A DNA stretch of 64,000 bases from Octopus vulgaris (Eukaryota), in assembly GCA_951406725.2 (NCBI GenBank), contig OX597824.1:15438001-15502000 (forward strand), in the 5' to 3' direction. The position numbers were made by a program, and so were the translations under genes. Shown piece by piece: positions 43,756 to 58,413 of the stretch. Within the stretch, counting starts at the first letter, position 1; the number at the start of each line of letters is the position of its first letter. A model generated the notes under the pieces. It worked only from the letters and a program-made list of their open reading frames with translations, was not told the origin of the DNA and made no database searches.

Positions 43756-43790
43756 AGAAAGCTGATGAAGGCTAAACATTTGTTCTTTCT
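43756..43790 (+). ncRNA. Degenerate minimal hammerhead motif
   Basis: agaaag-CTGATGA-aggc-TAAA-catttg-TT-ctttct; 6-bp stem I; G12 missing. Confidence 0.45.
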
Positions 43791-44467
43791 CTTTCACATG
43801 TTACAGTCACTATATGTAACGCAGGCAGTCAAATTTTCTCTCACGTTGTGTTTTGTTTAATTTACTGCTGCACTCTTCTTCCCTGTCGGTTTGAACGAGT
43901 CTCTCCCTTCATCTTGTCTCTCCATTCTTTCTTTCTGTATTTTCCTTCTCTTCTTACCGCCTCAATCTACCTGGCTGCTCTGCTATCTTCCATCCTTGTC
44001 TTTCCACTTCCACTGGAAATCACTCTTTGTCTTTCAGTTCGCAGGGTAAGCTTGTTTATCTTTTTGCTTTCTTTCATTCGCTTAGACAGATCGTATTTGC
44101 ATTTGATTGTCTTCTTTGCCTTCTGCATTAGAATTCTTGCACTGCAACAAGGCTGTAGTATCGGACACTTGTTCAATGTGCCGCGTAGGGGGAATGAACT
44201 CATGATTACATGGTTGGAAAGCAAGCTTCTCAACCACACAACCACACAGCCACGCCTGCATAAAGAATAAAAGATGACACACGCAAACGCACACGTACAC
44301 GCGCGCGATTATATACACACGCACGCACACACATGCATGTATGTATAAGTGTTGATAATTCTATGCATAGGTAGAGAGAAATATTTATATAATGTATATA
44401 CACTAATACATATAAGCATAGACATTTCTCTCTCTCTCTCTCTCGGCGTTTATATATAAGTATACGC

Positions 44468-44512
<45 letters not shown>

Positions 44513-44609
44513 GTGTGTGTGTGTGTGTAATATATAATATGTGCATATATATATATATATGTAAATAGGCACATACAAGCACATATATACTTATATATGT
44601 GTGAAACTG

Positions 44610-44673
<64 letters not shown>

Positions 44674-45168
44674 TTTGTGTGTGTGTGTGCTAAAATATGT
44701 ATATAAGCATACAGTTGTGTGTATATATATTTGTTGTCCAATAAAGTTACTTAGTAAAAAGTAAACAGCTTTGTCCTTTTGGTCTATAATAGCCCCGCGG
44801 TCAACATCGGTCCGGTCTTTATTCAGATCAAATTTACATTGACCAAAGTCAAATGTTAGAAATTGTACAGCAATTGAATTTTGAAGAAACGAATTGGTTT
44901 GTTTCGGTAGAAGTCTTCGCCATCAATCACCTGCAAGTCTTCTCATTACATTTAACTTTGTTTCATCTTGTTGTTTTTTTCTTTTTATATATATTCTATT
45001 TATTTTTTTCTTGGATGGACAAACTGCTGGAAGCCATATTGTGTCATCAAACACGCAAAATATTTTGCTTATCGAAGCATCTTTTTTCTTTTATACTTGT
45101 TCCTTATATTTTTCTGTATCCTTATCTCCTCCCAGTGCTTCCCACCGTATCTATCTGTCTATCTATCC

Positions 45169-45563
<395 letters not shown>

Positions 45564-45565
45564 CA

Positions 45566-45615
<50 letters not shown>

Positions 45616-45902
45616 TATCTATCGATCTATCCGTCTGTCTGTCTGTCTCTCTGTCTAATATTATAGTCACCGGATTTGCAAAATATTCAAACCTCTCAAT
45701 CACAAATACAACCATTTCTTTTTTTCTGTTCTTACTCTTAATCATTCACTTTCTCCTTCTATCCCCGTCGCTTCATGTACGCCTTCCTTTCACTCACTTC
45801 TTCCTTTAATCTTCCTCTTATTCTCCACACACATACACACATGCGCGCATGCACATACACACATTACCATTATAAGGTTTGTGAACCATAGACATATACA
45901 TA

Positions 45903-46138
45903 TCTGTTTCTTTATTACCCACAAGAGGCTAAACATAGAGGGGACAGACAAGGACAGACAAGCAGATTAAGTCGATTACATCGACCCCAGTGCGTAACTG
46001 GTACTTATTTAATCGAACCCGAAAGGATGAAAGGCAAAGTCGACCTCGGCGGAATTTGAACTCTGAACGTAACGGCAGACGAATTACGGCTACGCATTTC
46101 GCCCGGCGTGCTAACGTTTCTGCCAGATCGCCGCCTTT
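45903..46138 (-). mobile_element. SINE family A, full length
   Basis: Colinear with 57974-58206. Confidence 0.9.
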
Positions 46139-46757
46139 AGACATAAACATATCATGAGTAACGTGTACTTTGGAATTTTGTCTGTTAAGTTGACCGTTCG
46201 ATTCCACTTACCTTTGCTGTATCACTGGCAAAAACAACACTGGGACAACAAAGTGTTATAAATTTCACCTTTGTAGCCAGTGGGAGCACCTTAAATTTTA
46301 TGAGTGTTTTGTTTCATAACATTGCTCATTTCGAATTTGGAGTAAGCAGTGGTGGGTTGTAGTTTATTATAGCAATTTCGTTTAATAATGTTACACGTTG
46401 GAGATTCACAGGACGGACCGAATCAAGAATGGTACACCCCAATATTCAGTGGAATAAAGTTGTCACCATCCATTATCGTCTTGTGAATCTCTATTCAGTG
46501 ACTAAATTCCTAACGTTACACGCGCAAGAGCTCATTTGTAGGAACACTCTGATTATGTGGAGCGAGAAAAATGGATGGACGGTAGACTCTCGTAGTCTGA
46601 CAAAGACAGTTCTGCAATTTCTCTCTGGAAACCTGTACAAATGATTTGTTTATAATGATCATATGTCACTCTTTATATCAAAGCGACGCTGCTTGAACAG
46701 GAACGCGATGTACCACGCTTCAGATGTCGCCCGGCGTGCTAAAGTTTTGCCAGCTTG

Positions 46758-46840
<83 letters not shown>

Positions 46841-46892
46841 GATATATGCGTATATATATATATATACATACATATATATACATATATATATA

Positions 46893-46947
<55 letters not shown>

Positions 46948-46970
46948 TATACATATAGACATACATTCAT

Positions 46971-47018
<48 letters not shown>

Positions 47019-47019
47019 T

Positions 47020-47193
47020 TATCAATCAGATCTATAAGTCGTCATGATAGATCGGTAGCCACTACACACATTTTTCCCTCCATGTTTCCTTTCTGTAGAA
47101 GAGCGTAGGCTCGAAACGTAAAAGACTTTTTCAATTCCTGAGCGTTTTACTAATTCATCTGTTTGTTTCCCACACCACCTGTCTTCGTCTTTT

Positions 47194-47200
<7 letters not shown>
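47020..47200 (+). mobile_element. Short element in (TA)n with a variant hammerhead-like motif (47089-47124)
   Basis: cttt-CTGTAGA-a-gagc gtag gctc-GAAA-cg-TA-aaag; relative at 32388-32500. Confidence 0.55.
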
Positions 47201-47228
<28 letters not shown>

Positions 47229-47539
47229 CTTAGTAATGCCTTGTAGTGAGCTCTCTCAAAGCTCCTCTGCGGGTGTCGGTTACTAAATTATGCTCTCATA
47301 CTTCCTTTCTCCCTAGATATACATGTAGAAGTAGGTAAATATCCATAGCGTTTATACAAAATTATTTACGAGAAAAGATTCATTGAACATGATATGTAAC
47401 AAAATATATTGAATTCAACATTCTCTTATATATAATGCATCAATATTTCTTCCAACGTAAGAGATATTGTCAGAATATTCCTCACAAAACGTTCTTTCTC
47501 TCCCTTTCTGTCTGCCTGTCAGTCTCCGTCTCTGTCTCC

Positions 47540-47595
<56 letters not shown>

Positions 47596-47713
47596 CTCTC
47601 TTTCTCTTAATGTAAGCACAACGTTCTTTTTTAATTATTTGTTCAGAAAGTTAACGTGTGAGTTGTACGTGTTATTTAGAAGTTACAACATTGTCGCTCT
47701 CTCTCTCTCTCTC

Positions 47714-47753
<40 letters not shown>

Positions 47754-48283
47754 TCAAGCTGTTTCTGCCTAAGAGTTACGTAAAGGGGACATCTTTCTCA
47801 GGAACACTTATTCAAAGAGGACAAATCTCAGTTGATAGAACAACTGTATCCTCATCGCCGAATGACGGGGATCCACCACCAGCACCAGCACCAGCACCCG
47901 CACCCGCACCAGCACCACCACTACCGCCACAGCTTTGCCTATGCCAGAACTGTAGAAGTAAATCTTCGAGACATGGTTTCAAATCCCAGTATTTCTTGAG
48001 AGCTCTAAGAACACCCCGTCGCATCATTTAATTCTTTGATAACTTTGTGCTCTTGTATATAAGAAAGAAAAAAAAAAAACGAAATTGTTATTGTGTTGTT
48101 ATTCTTATCGTCAATCCATTCCGCAGACTAACATTAATTGATTCATATATTTATTTTATCTCTTCCAGCAATATTAACCTTAAAAATAACATTTCCATTC
48201 TCTCAACTCCTTCCCTCCACATCCTTCTCCCACACCCCACTGCACTTCATTGTCTGAAAGAACAGTTATATATATATATATAC

Positions 48284-48399
<116 letters not shown>

Positions 48400-48665
48400 T
48401 ATATACACGTATATATACATATATATATACACACACACACACACACACGCATATATATATATACATACACATATATACACACATATATATTTTTTTATCT
48501 TATTTCTGCAACTAAAAATGACACACACAAGTTTTATTTTCTTCTATGTTTAGTCGTAATTTAATCAGGAATAACCGAGCTACAAGAGTCGAGAGTGGAG
48601 AGTAGATAAAAAACAAAAAAAAAACCTTCAGAAACAAAAAAAAAAAAAAAAAAAAAATACAAACC

Positions 48666-48742
<77 letters not shown>

Positions 48743-49139
48743 GAATCGATAAACATATATAGAATTAAAATAGTCAGTCGAATGTAGAGATTGGTGAATA
48801 AAGACCGGAATAAATAGAATAGAGAGAATAAAGTTAGAATGAAAAAAAAGTTGAAGAAAAAATTGAAGAAAAGTCAGCAACGCTTGACATTTTTCTAATT
48901 GTTTCGGCTAATATATTTTTATGCAACTGTTTTTTTTTAATGTTTCCGGGGCTATGTGGCTATGTGGGTGAGTTGATAGCATAACAGGCCTGCAACCGCA
49001 AGGAATCGTAGTTCTTACCTTGTCCGAGGTACTCAATTATATTCGTCACTAACTTTACTATTTTGTCGTAAGTGTATTTTTTAAAAATGTTATAATCAAT
49101 TTGATTCAACGCGTGTACGTATGAAAATAATTCATTTTA

Positions 49140-49712
49140 ATATAGACACACGACCAGAAAGTTTGTGGGAAGGTGATAGTCGCTTACATCGACCTTAGTA
49201 CTTGGTTGGTACTTATTTTATTGACTCCGAAAGAATGAAAGGCGAAGTCGGACTCGGCAGGATTTGAACTTAGAACGTGAAGTCGGACAAAGTGCCGCTA
49301 AATATATATATTTGTTTCTACTCTAGGCACAAGGCCTGAAATTTTTGTAGAGGGTGCCAGTCGATTAGATTGAACCCAGTACGCAATTGGAACTTAATTT
49401 AATCGACCCCGAAAGGATGAAAGGCAAAGTGGACCTCGGCGGAATTTGAACTCAGAACGTAGCGGCAGGCGAAATACCTATTTCTTTACTACCCACAAGG
49501 GGCTAAACACAGTGAGGACAAACAAGGATAGACAAACGGATTAAGTCGATTATATCGACCCCAGTGCGTAACTGGTACTTAATTTAATCGACCCCGAAAG
49601 GATGAAAAGCAAAGTCGACCTCGGCGGAATTTGAACTCAGAACGTAGCGGCAGACGAAAAACCGCTAAGCATTTCACCCGGCGTGTTAATGTTTCTTCCA
49701 GCTCGCCGCCTT
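49140..49712 (-). mobile_element. Nested or multimeric SINE family A
   Basis: Three units; junction gaaatacctatttctttactaccc as at 23870. Confidence 0.85.
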
Positions 49713-50211
49713 GTTGCTAAATATTTTTGTCTGACACTAATAGCCAAATCCGCCAAACGAGTTATATAATTCATACTTGTAAACTGTCCAAGTTTTGATT
49801 CGTTGTCATAGCAGTCTTCAGTTAAATTCCTTTAATGGAAAACGTTACATACTTTGCGCCAGCACCCTACGCAGCGAGATGTTTTTTCACAACCTCTTAT
49901 CATTAGGAAACCCTAGAATATGTGTCGTTCCCGTGGCTCTGTCTCAGTAGACTTTCCAATACAAATCAGTGTGAGATTAAATATACATTAGTTTATCAGC
50001 TTAGATATCAAGACAAATCCACTGAAAACATCGTGTTAGTGTAACTTGACTATGAAACTACCATTATTGCTTCTACATCTATAAATATTCTTCTTGCTTA
50101 CATTCTGTTGGATTAAAAGTCATAAAATGGTGACCGTGTATCCAGTATTCTTAGAAAGAAAAATAAAAGTTCCTTTTGAAATCTTTTTTTTTGTCCGATG
50201 TCCCAGATATA

Positions 50212-51187
50212 CCATCAGGTTATTTAGAATGAAATGTCCTATTTTGAACTGAAAGTTCTCAACAAAATTCAATTCAGTTAATTAAGGTATGCACCTAAAT
50301 TATCAACACAATTTTGTCATTTTATCGCTCGCTCATTTATGCCGGCAGCGAAGAATTCTGGAGAGCAACAGGTGATGAAATCTTGAAAGGCTGTTTTTGC
50401 ATCTTCTTCAGTTTTTAAGTATTTTCCTTGTAAAAACTTATCTAAAGCCTGGAAAACAGGATAGCCAGTTGGTGCAAGGTCTGGTGCATATGGTGGATGA
50501 CAGAGTACTTCCAAGTTCGGTTCCTGTAACTTGAGTAGCGTCCTTTGTATAACTTGACCTGTCTCTCTTGACAAGTCTCGGTTGTTTAATTGCGAGTTCA
50601 CTCTTCATTTCATCCAATTGGTTGATGTATACGTTCACTGTAACTGACTAACCAGGTCTCATGAAACGCTGGACCACCAAACAGATACCATCAACTTTTT
50701 CAGTGAATATTCTTTTACGGATTGTGTCTTGGCACTTCGTCTCTCTCTCCAACTACCGTGCAGAACACGCTATTGTTGAAAAGAATCCATTTTTCATCAC
50801 ACGTAACAATACGATGCAAAAATGGTTCGCTTTTATGCCGTGACAACAAAGAACAGCAAGTTTCAAGACGTCGGGTCATTTGATGCTCGTCCAGTTCGTG
50901 TGTTACACACATGCCCAGCTTCTTTACCTTGCTGATTTATTTCAGAAGGTCCAAAATAGATGGAATCGAAACATCAATCCTTGCTGCTAACTCACGCGTA
51001 GTTTGAGATGTATCCGCTTCCACTACAGTTTCCAGCTCATCATTATTCACCTTAATCTCAGGTCTACCACGGGGCTCATTTTCAAGAGTAAATCACCGAA
51101 CTGGAACTTTTCAAACCATCGACGTACAGTGCACTCATTCGCCACATCTTCAGCAAACACCTCATTGATGTTTCGAGCTGTCTGGAT
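50212..51187 (-). pseudogene. Mariner transposase pseudogene, 5' end lost
   Basis: TARNINEVF...TVRRWFEKF, CVTHEL, FLHRIVTCDEKW and HPPYAPDLAP in frameshifted ORFs. Confidence 0.92.
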
Positions 51188-51534
51188 GGAAGCACTCCGT
51201 CGGTTCCGACGACGAAGGTTCCGGTTGATCCGATCAACGGAACAGCCTGCACGTGGAATTAACGTGCAAGTGGCTGAGCACTCCGCACACACGTGTACCC
51301 TTAACGTAGTTCTCGGGGATATTCAGCGTGACACAGAGAGTGACAAGGCCGGCCCTTTGAAATACAGGTACAACAGAAACAGGAAGTAAGAGTGAGAGAG
51401 AGTTGTGGCGAAAGAGCACAGCAGGGATCACCACCATCCCTGCCGGAGCCTCGTGGAGCTTTAGGTATTTTTGCTCAATAAACACTCACAACGCCCGGTC
51501 TGGGAATCGAAACCGCGATCCTACGACCGCGAGT
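51188..51534 (-). mobile_element. SINE family C, truncated in its tRNA head by the LINE junction
   Basis: Matches the 13864 copy up to gaccgcgagt. Confidence 0.9.
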
Positions 51535-52620
51535 GTCGCGTTGCTCTCAAGCAACTCTGCCGTCCTGGGTCGACCTTGAGTGACTTCAACACAACCAAAG
51601 CATTCTATAGGGGTTTAGTGGAGGGGAGGTACGACGACGAGCTCGGGGCGAACCTGGACGTCGACGAGGAGTACCTGACCCGCCTGTTCAGGACGACTTT
51701 CGGGCCAGGGCCCATGGACAACTTCCAGAGATCCCTGGCCTGGCAGTGCTACCGAGAAGCGCTACCCGTTCGGGATAAGCTCTACAGACACGGCTCGAGA
51801 AACACGGGGCCGACCTGCCCGAGATGCGGTCAGAGCGACGAAACCGTTCTGCACGCACTCGTGCAGTGTCCAACAATTTCCGACCTGTGGGCTTATGTCG
51901 AACAACTGCTGTCACGTGTGGGACGAGTCGGTTTATCAGCTGAGTCTATCGTCAATATTGTCACGCCTCCTTCCTTCAAACGGGAAAGAAGAGCTATTTT
52001 CATCATCCTTGTGGCTATGGCGAAAGAATGTATCTGGTGGACGCGTCTGAAAGGATTGGAGACAAACACTTTCCTCTCTGGTCAATCTCTCATCAACTTC
52101 TTCAAGTACCACTTGAAAAGGAAAGTGAGAGTAGAGAGGCAAGTTTTGTCTAGCGAATGTTTTAAAAAAAGATGGGTGAATGTAGCAAGAATGGCACGTA
52201 TGAATGACGAAGCCACCTTGAGCATGATCCTATGAACCCAGAAATTGAAAACAGAGAGTTGCTTATTCGCAAAAAAAAAAAAAAAAGAAATATAACATGT
52301 GACTTCATTGACCGAGGTTACCGTGGTCTTTTCCGTAGGCTTTTCTTTCCACGGGTAAACCTCACCTGTCCTCCCCTTTACACTTCATATTGACATTTCT
52401 GTGATAACGATCCCTATTGATCAATTTTTTTCCTCTCCCCCTTTTTTTTAACCCCCCCTTTTTTTGTCCTCTTTCTCTCCTTTTACGATCCCTTTTGATC
52501 GAAACTCCCCCGTTCCTTTTTTCTTTTTCTTTTTTTTTTTTAAACCTTCAAAAGAAAAGCTCTACCTTGTAATTTGTTCTATCTGTGTGCAGCCCTGTGT
52601 GGCTAATAAAGAAACATATC
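51526..52620 (+). mobile_element. 5'-truncated Tx1/L1-type LINE
   Basis: Near-identical to 27453-28557; open frame to 52235; followed by (ATCT)n. Confidence 0.9.
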
Positions 52621-52629
52621 TATCTATCC

Positions 52630-52699
<70 letters not shown>

Positions 52700-52923
52700 T
52701 TAGTGCCCGTAAATATATGTATGTTGTGTGTATAAATATTTGTATGTATACTCTTTTACTTGTTTCAGTCATTTGACTGTGTTCATGCTGGAGCACCGCC
52801 TTTAGTCGAGCAAATCGCCCTCAGGTCTTATTCTTTGGAAGTCTAGTACTTATTTATCGGTCATAAATATTCATAAATATGTATGTATGCGTATACATAT
52901 GTGAGTGTATATTTGTGTGCATG

Positions 52924-52974
<51 letters not shown>

Positions 52975-53472
52975 GTACATATATACATATATATATACAT
53001 ACATGTGTGTGTGTGTGTTTGCATATGTACGTGTGCATGTATGTGTCTATATATATATGTGTGTGTGTGTATGTGTGTGTGTGCATGTGTGCGTATATAT
53101 GTATGTACAAAAAAATCTGAAACGATACTCAAGGAATGGACGCCCCATGGATATCACTAATCCCTTCAAATGTTCAATTTGTAACTGAATTTGTCTTTCT
53201 TATGCCAGCCTCGTTAGCCACTCAAGGCTGCACGAACCAAATTAATAATAAATCATGAAACCTCAGAGAAAAATATATCCCCCAATGATTTCATGTTGTC
53301 TTTTTATTGGTGGCCTCAAGAAATACCTGGTCAGTAAACACAGATTGTTAACATGATGTTGCATTGTATTTAACTGTGAAGAGACACATTTTTAATTGTT
53401 TAGGTAAAAGCTGACTATTCAGCCGTTTGGTCTTCAAAGTCATCGGTGTTTGGGAGCTCATTAGCAAGAAGA

Positions 53473-53702
53473 CGGCGAGCTGGCAGAACCGTTAGCACGC
53501 CGGGCGAAATGTGTAGCCGTATTTCGTCTGCTGCTACGTTCTGAGTTCAAATTCCGCCGAGGTCGACTTTGCCTTTCATCCTTTCGGGGTCGATTAAATA
53601 AGTACCAGTTACGCACTGGGGTCGATGTAATTGACTTAATCCCTTTGTCTGTCTTTGTTTGTCCCCTCTATGTTTAGCCCCCTGTGGGCAATAAAGAAAT
53701 AG
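53473..53702 (+). mobile_element. SINE family A, full length
   Basis: ggcgagctggcagaaccgttagcacg (A box)...gagttcaaattcc (B box)...aataaagaaatag. Confidence 0.9.
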
Positions 53703-53860
53703 ATATTGAGCCAAATTTCATCATACATACACACATTCACACAGACTCATGCGCACTCACAAATATATAGTTAATGCATAAAGTATAGCCATACATTTCA
53801 AATTAGTTCTTCCTAAATTTTGTTCATTAGTTTCCGATGAGCCATAGACGAAATAAAAAA

Positions 53861-54434
53861 TATTGGGTTGTCCGGAAAGTTCGTGCCGATTTATAGTAGC
53901 TTACATTTCGACTTACTTTAGAACGTGGTTGAGTCCATAAAATAGGATTTGACTACACCTCCATTTAGAGCACAGTTTAAGCTATCTTTTCGTGGAAGAA
54001 GGTTTATGTCCCTATAACCTGTGTTAATTCTGTAACCCTTTAATATGGAAGATAAGAAAGTTCATTTTCGGCACTTGATGCTTTTCTTTTTCCGTAAAGG
54101 GACAAATGCCTCACAGGCAACCAAAGAAATATGCGCAGTTTACGGTGATGTTTCTTTATCCGAAAGAACTGTACGGGAGTGGTTCGCAAGGTTCCGAGCT
54201 GGAGATTGTAACCTTATTGATAAAGAGCGATCAGATCATCCACAACAGATGTTAACCAAATCAAGTCATTAATTGAGAATAACCCACATTGCACAACCCG
54301 GGAATTGGCAGAAAGCCTCAACTTATCAAAATCCGTCGTTCATGAGCACCTGGTAAAGCTCGAGTAATGGCAAGTATTTATTGACCTTTTCCTTTCCTTT
54401 AAAAATCGGAACGAACTTTCCGGACAACCCAATA
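53861..54434 (+). mobile_element. Internally deleted mariner with TA target duplication
   Basis: ttgggttgtccggaaagttcgtgccgattt / aaatcggaacgaactttccggacaacccaa; MEDKKVHFRHLMLFFFRKG...SERTVREWFARFRAGD. Confidence 0.92.
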
Positions 54435-54729
54435 CTTTGTCGGGCTAACGATTATGGATTAAATACTTTTATTCAGCTTCTTTTAGAAATCGGTTAGTAA
54501 TTCTTTTTCTCCGTAAATTTCCTGAAGAAGGGGTCCTAACACTGAAATGCCGAAATGCCAGGCAGCAGTACTAAGCCTTGATTTAGTTTATTAACCAGTA
54601 ACATGCACCATTCTTCATAAGAATTTGGAAACTTCGAGAACGTGAAATAATTCTTTTAAGCAACGGTGAATCTCGAAGCAAATACATACATACAAAGACA
54701 CACATACGTATGTATATATTCTGTAACTC

Positions 54730-54805
<76 letters not shown>

Positions 54806-54810
54806 CCAAC

Positions 54811-54882
<72 letters not shown>

Positions 54883-54920
54883 ATGTCTGTCTGTCTGTCT
54901 GTCTGTCTATCTCTATCTCA

Positions 54921-54958
<38 letters not shown>

Positions 54959-55449
54959 GGTTTTGTTCATGTTTGGGTGTATTATTATATAAGTGTTGCA
55001 TAGGTATTTGAAAATTTGAAACGCTATGTGCGTCTCTTATATAATCAAGTTGCGTTGTGCCTGTGTATATAATGTATAAACGTACGTATACATATATACA
55101 CACACATAATAGTGTGTTAATATTGGGTTATTAAAAAGCTTTTGGTAGAAAATTTAGAAGGCTGCACGTGACACATATTACATAATACATAGATAAACGT
55201 AGTCTATACATTAACATCAGAGTAGGCTGTACAAGCTAGGGCTTATATAAGACAAACATTGAATCATTGATAAGGCACAACTTGTAGATAGGTAGTCGGG
55301 CCTATGATTTTACGTGCTCCTATAAAAGGACTGGGAAGAGTGGATCTTAAGTATATCACATACACGAACATGGAATATGTGCCAAAATGCACACATACAC
55401 GCATATATGTTTATGAGTACGTGTCTGTATATGTATATAAATATGTAAA

Positions 55450-55502
<53 letters not shown>

Positions 55503-55503
55503 G

Positions 55504-55542
<39 letters not shown>

Positions 55543-55543
55543 C

Positions 55544-55577
<34 letters not shown>

Positions 55578-55726
55578 CAGCTATATAAATTTAAGCATGC
55601 ATGCATGTATATATAAATATATGCTTATATAAATAAATGCATATTATATCTGAATGTATATGTGCATACATATATATATATGTATATATATGCATATATA
55701 AATGTCTATATGTATATATGTATATG

Positions 55727-55771
<45 letters not shown>

Positions 55772-55912
55772 AAATTATTAGAGAGTTATCCACTATGTGG
55801 ATAACTCTAGTGCTAAAAATAGCTCCGAAGCAACCACAGAAGAACAGTTTCCAACTAGAATCAACATACATTTGCCGGAGGGAAAGTGAAATACAACGAA
55901 TAAAATAGATTG

Positions 55913-55988
55913 ACTCTATACAATTGTTTCATTACTAATGTAATATGTAGTTTTACTTACACTCACATCTATAAATCTTCGGTAGAGT
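55913..55988 (-). ncRNA. Minimal type-I hammerhead motif (U4C variant) in a (TA)n-abutting element (~55772-56200)
   Basis: Minus strand actcta-CCGAAGA-long stem II-GAAA-caattg-TA-tagagt. Confidence 0.7.
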
Positions 55989-56714
55989 TTGTCAGAAATG
56001 CAATTAATTAGATCGATTCGAGCGTCAAAAACACGAGCGGTCCAACCAATTACATTTTTAGTTATGTCTCAAATTCCGCGCCAAAAACATGCCTAGACTC
56101 CATTGGAAACGTATGCCGCATCAAATAAAATATTGACTGCCGCGTAGTTAAATTTATAAAATTATAAATGAGGGTGAAAAATCGATATTAATTTAATAAT
56201 ACCATTAATTTAATATATATGTATATATATGTATGTCTATATATGTGTGTGAGTGTAAAGAGATTCAATGATACGCACACGGTTACATAAACTTGCGTAT
56301 GCACATACACACATATGTGAACACATACGTTTATTTCTCTCTTATAAGATGTATATATATATATATATATATATATGCATACGCATGTGTATATACAACC
56401 ATACACATCGAATTTACAAATATGTATGTTTGCATAGAGATGTGTATGTGCATTTGTGTGTGTGTGTGTGTGTACGTGTGTGTGTGTGTGTGTGTGTTTG
56501 TGTGCGTGTGTGCGTGTGCGGGCGCGAGCGCCGTTTGCGCTGCTGGTAATTGTTGCTGATGCCGCCGCAACCTGATACACAGCTCCGCGAGTAGCGATCA
56601 ATCATTTTCAATATATTTAAATCTCGTCTCTGATTTAACTTTAATAGAACAAACTTTTCTAATTACTCATTCTCATGTACTTGATATGCGGCTGGTTGTA
56701 TGCTGGGATTACAT

Positions 56715-57410
56715 TCATACATACTTGCATGAGGGACATTCATATTTGCATACATACATACATACATACGAAGACATACATACATACATACATACGAAGA
56801 CATATATACGAAGACATATATATACAAAGACATATATACATACATACATATATGCATACATACATACATACATACATACATACAAAGACATACATACATA
56901 CGTACATACATACTTACGAACGAAGACATATATACATACATACATATATGCATACATACATACATACATACATACATACATACGAAGACATATATACAAA
57001 GACATACATACATACATACATATATGCATACATACATACATACATACATGCATACGAAGACATATATACAAAGACATATATACATACATACATATATTCA
57101 AAGACATATATACATACATACGAAGACATATATACAAAGACATATATACATACATACATATATGCATACATACATGCATACATACATACATACATACATA
57201 CATACATACATACATACATACGAAGACATATATACAAAGACATATATACATACATACATACGAAGACATATATACATACATACATATATGCATACATACA
57301 TGCATACATACATACATACATACGAAAACATATATACAAAGACATATATACATACATACATATATGCATACTTACGTACATACGTACGAAGGCATATATA
57401 CAAAGACACA
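56715..57410. repeat. Minisatellite built from (CATA)n
   Basis: Recurrent catacgaagacatatatacaaagacatatatacatacatacatatatg units of variable length. Confidence 0.9.
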
Positions 57411-57576
57411 CACAGATATGTATATATAATGTGTCTATATAGGTATTTGTAACGCTATGTGTGTCAGTTATATAATCGAGTTGGTTTGTGCTTCTATATA
57501 TGACACTCAAAATAATTAAATTTAGTTAAATATGTACACACACACATATATATATATACATACAGACATTCATATA

Positions 57577-57658
<82 letters not shown>

Positions 57659-57759
57659 CATACATATATATAATATACATGTGTATTTCTGTGTAGGTGT
57701 ATGTAAAATAGACGTGCGTATACACATATACACATACACACATTCACACACTCTCATAA

Positions 57760-57799
<40 letters not shown>

Positions 57800-57973
57800 T
57801 ATATAATACGTAGTTATGAGTGAGTAGATTTAGTATGTTTGTGTGTGTATATACACATTGCAAAACATACAAACGCACACAGACTTCCACACATACATAG
57901 ACACGTTCAATCATACATATGCATATGAGTCTATATGTGTGCGTATGTGTGTATATGTGTATGCATATATATA

Positions 57974-58206
57974 TATTTCTTTACTACCCACAAGGGGCTA
58001 AACACAGAGGGAACAAACAAGGACAGACAATCGGATTAAGCTGATTATATCGACCCCAGTGCGTAACTGGTACTTTATTTCTCGACCCTGAAAGGATGAA
58101 AGGCAAAGTCGACCTCGGCGGAATTTGAACTCAGAACGTAACGGCAGTCGAAATACGGCTACGCATTTCGCCCGGCGTGCTAACGTTTCTGCCAGCTCGC
58201 CGCCTT
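57974..58206 (-). mobile_element. SINE family A, full length
   Basis: Reverse complement of the 53473 copy. Confidence 0.9.
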
Positions 58207-58330
58207 CTCGTAGTTTCCAAATGTATGCATATGTATAGGCGTGTATGTGTGTGTGTATGTGCATATGTATGTATGTATCTATCTATATATATATATATCT
58301 ATCTGTATCTCTGTAGACATATATATATAT

Positions 58331-58413
<83 letters not shown>

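Noticed and set aside
51471-52235. 254-aa ORF as a host gene
   Set aside because: Non-ATG start inside an antisense SINE, fused to a truncated LINE ORF2.
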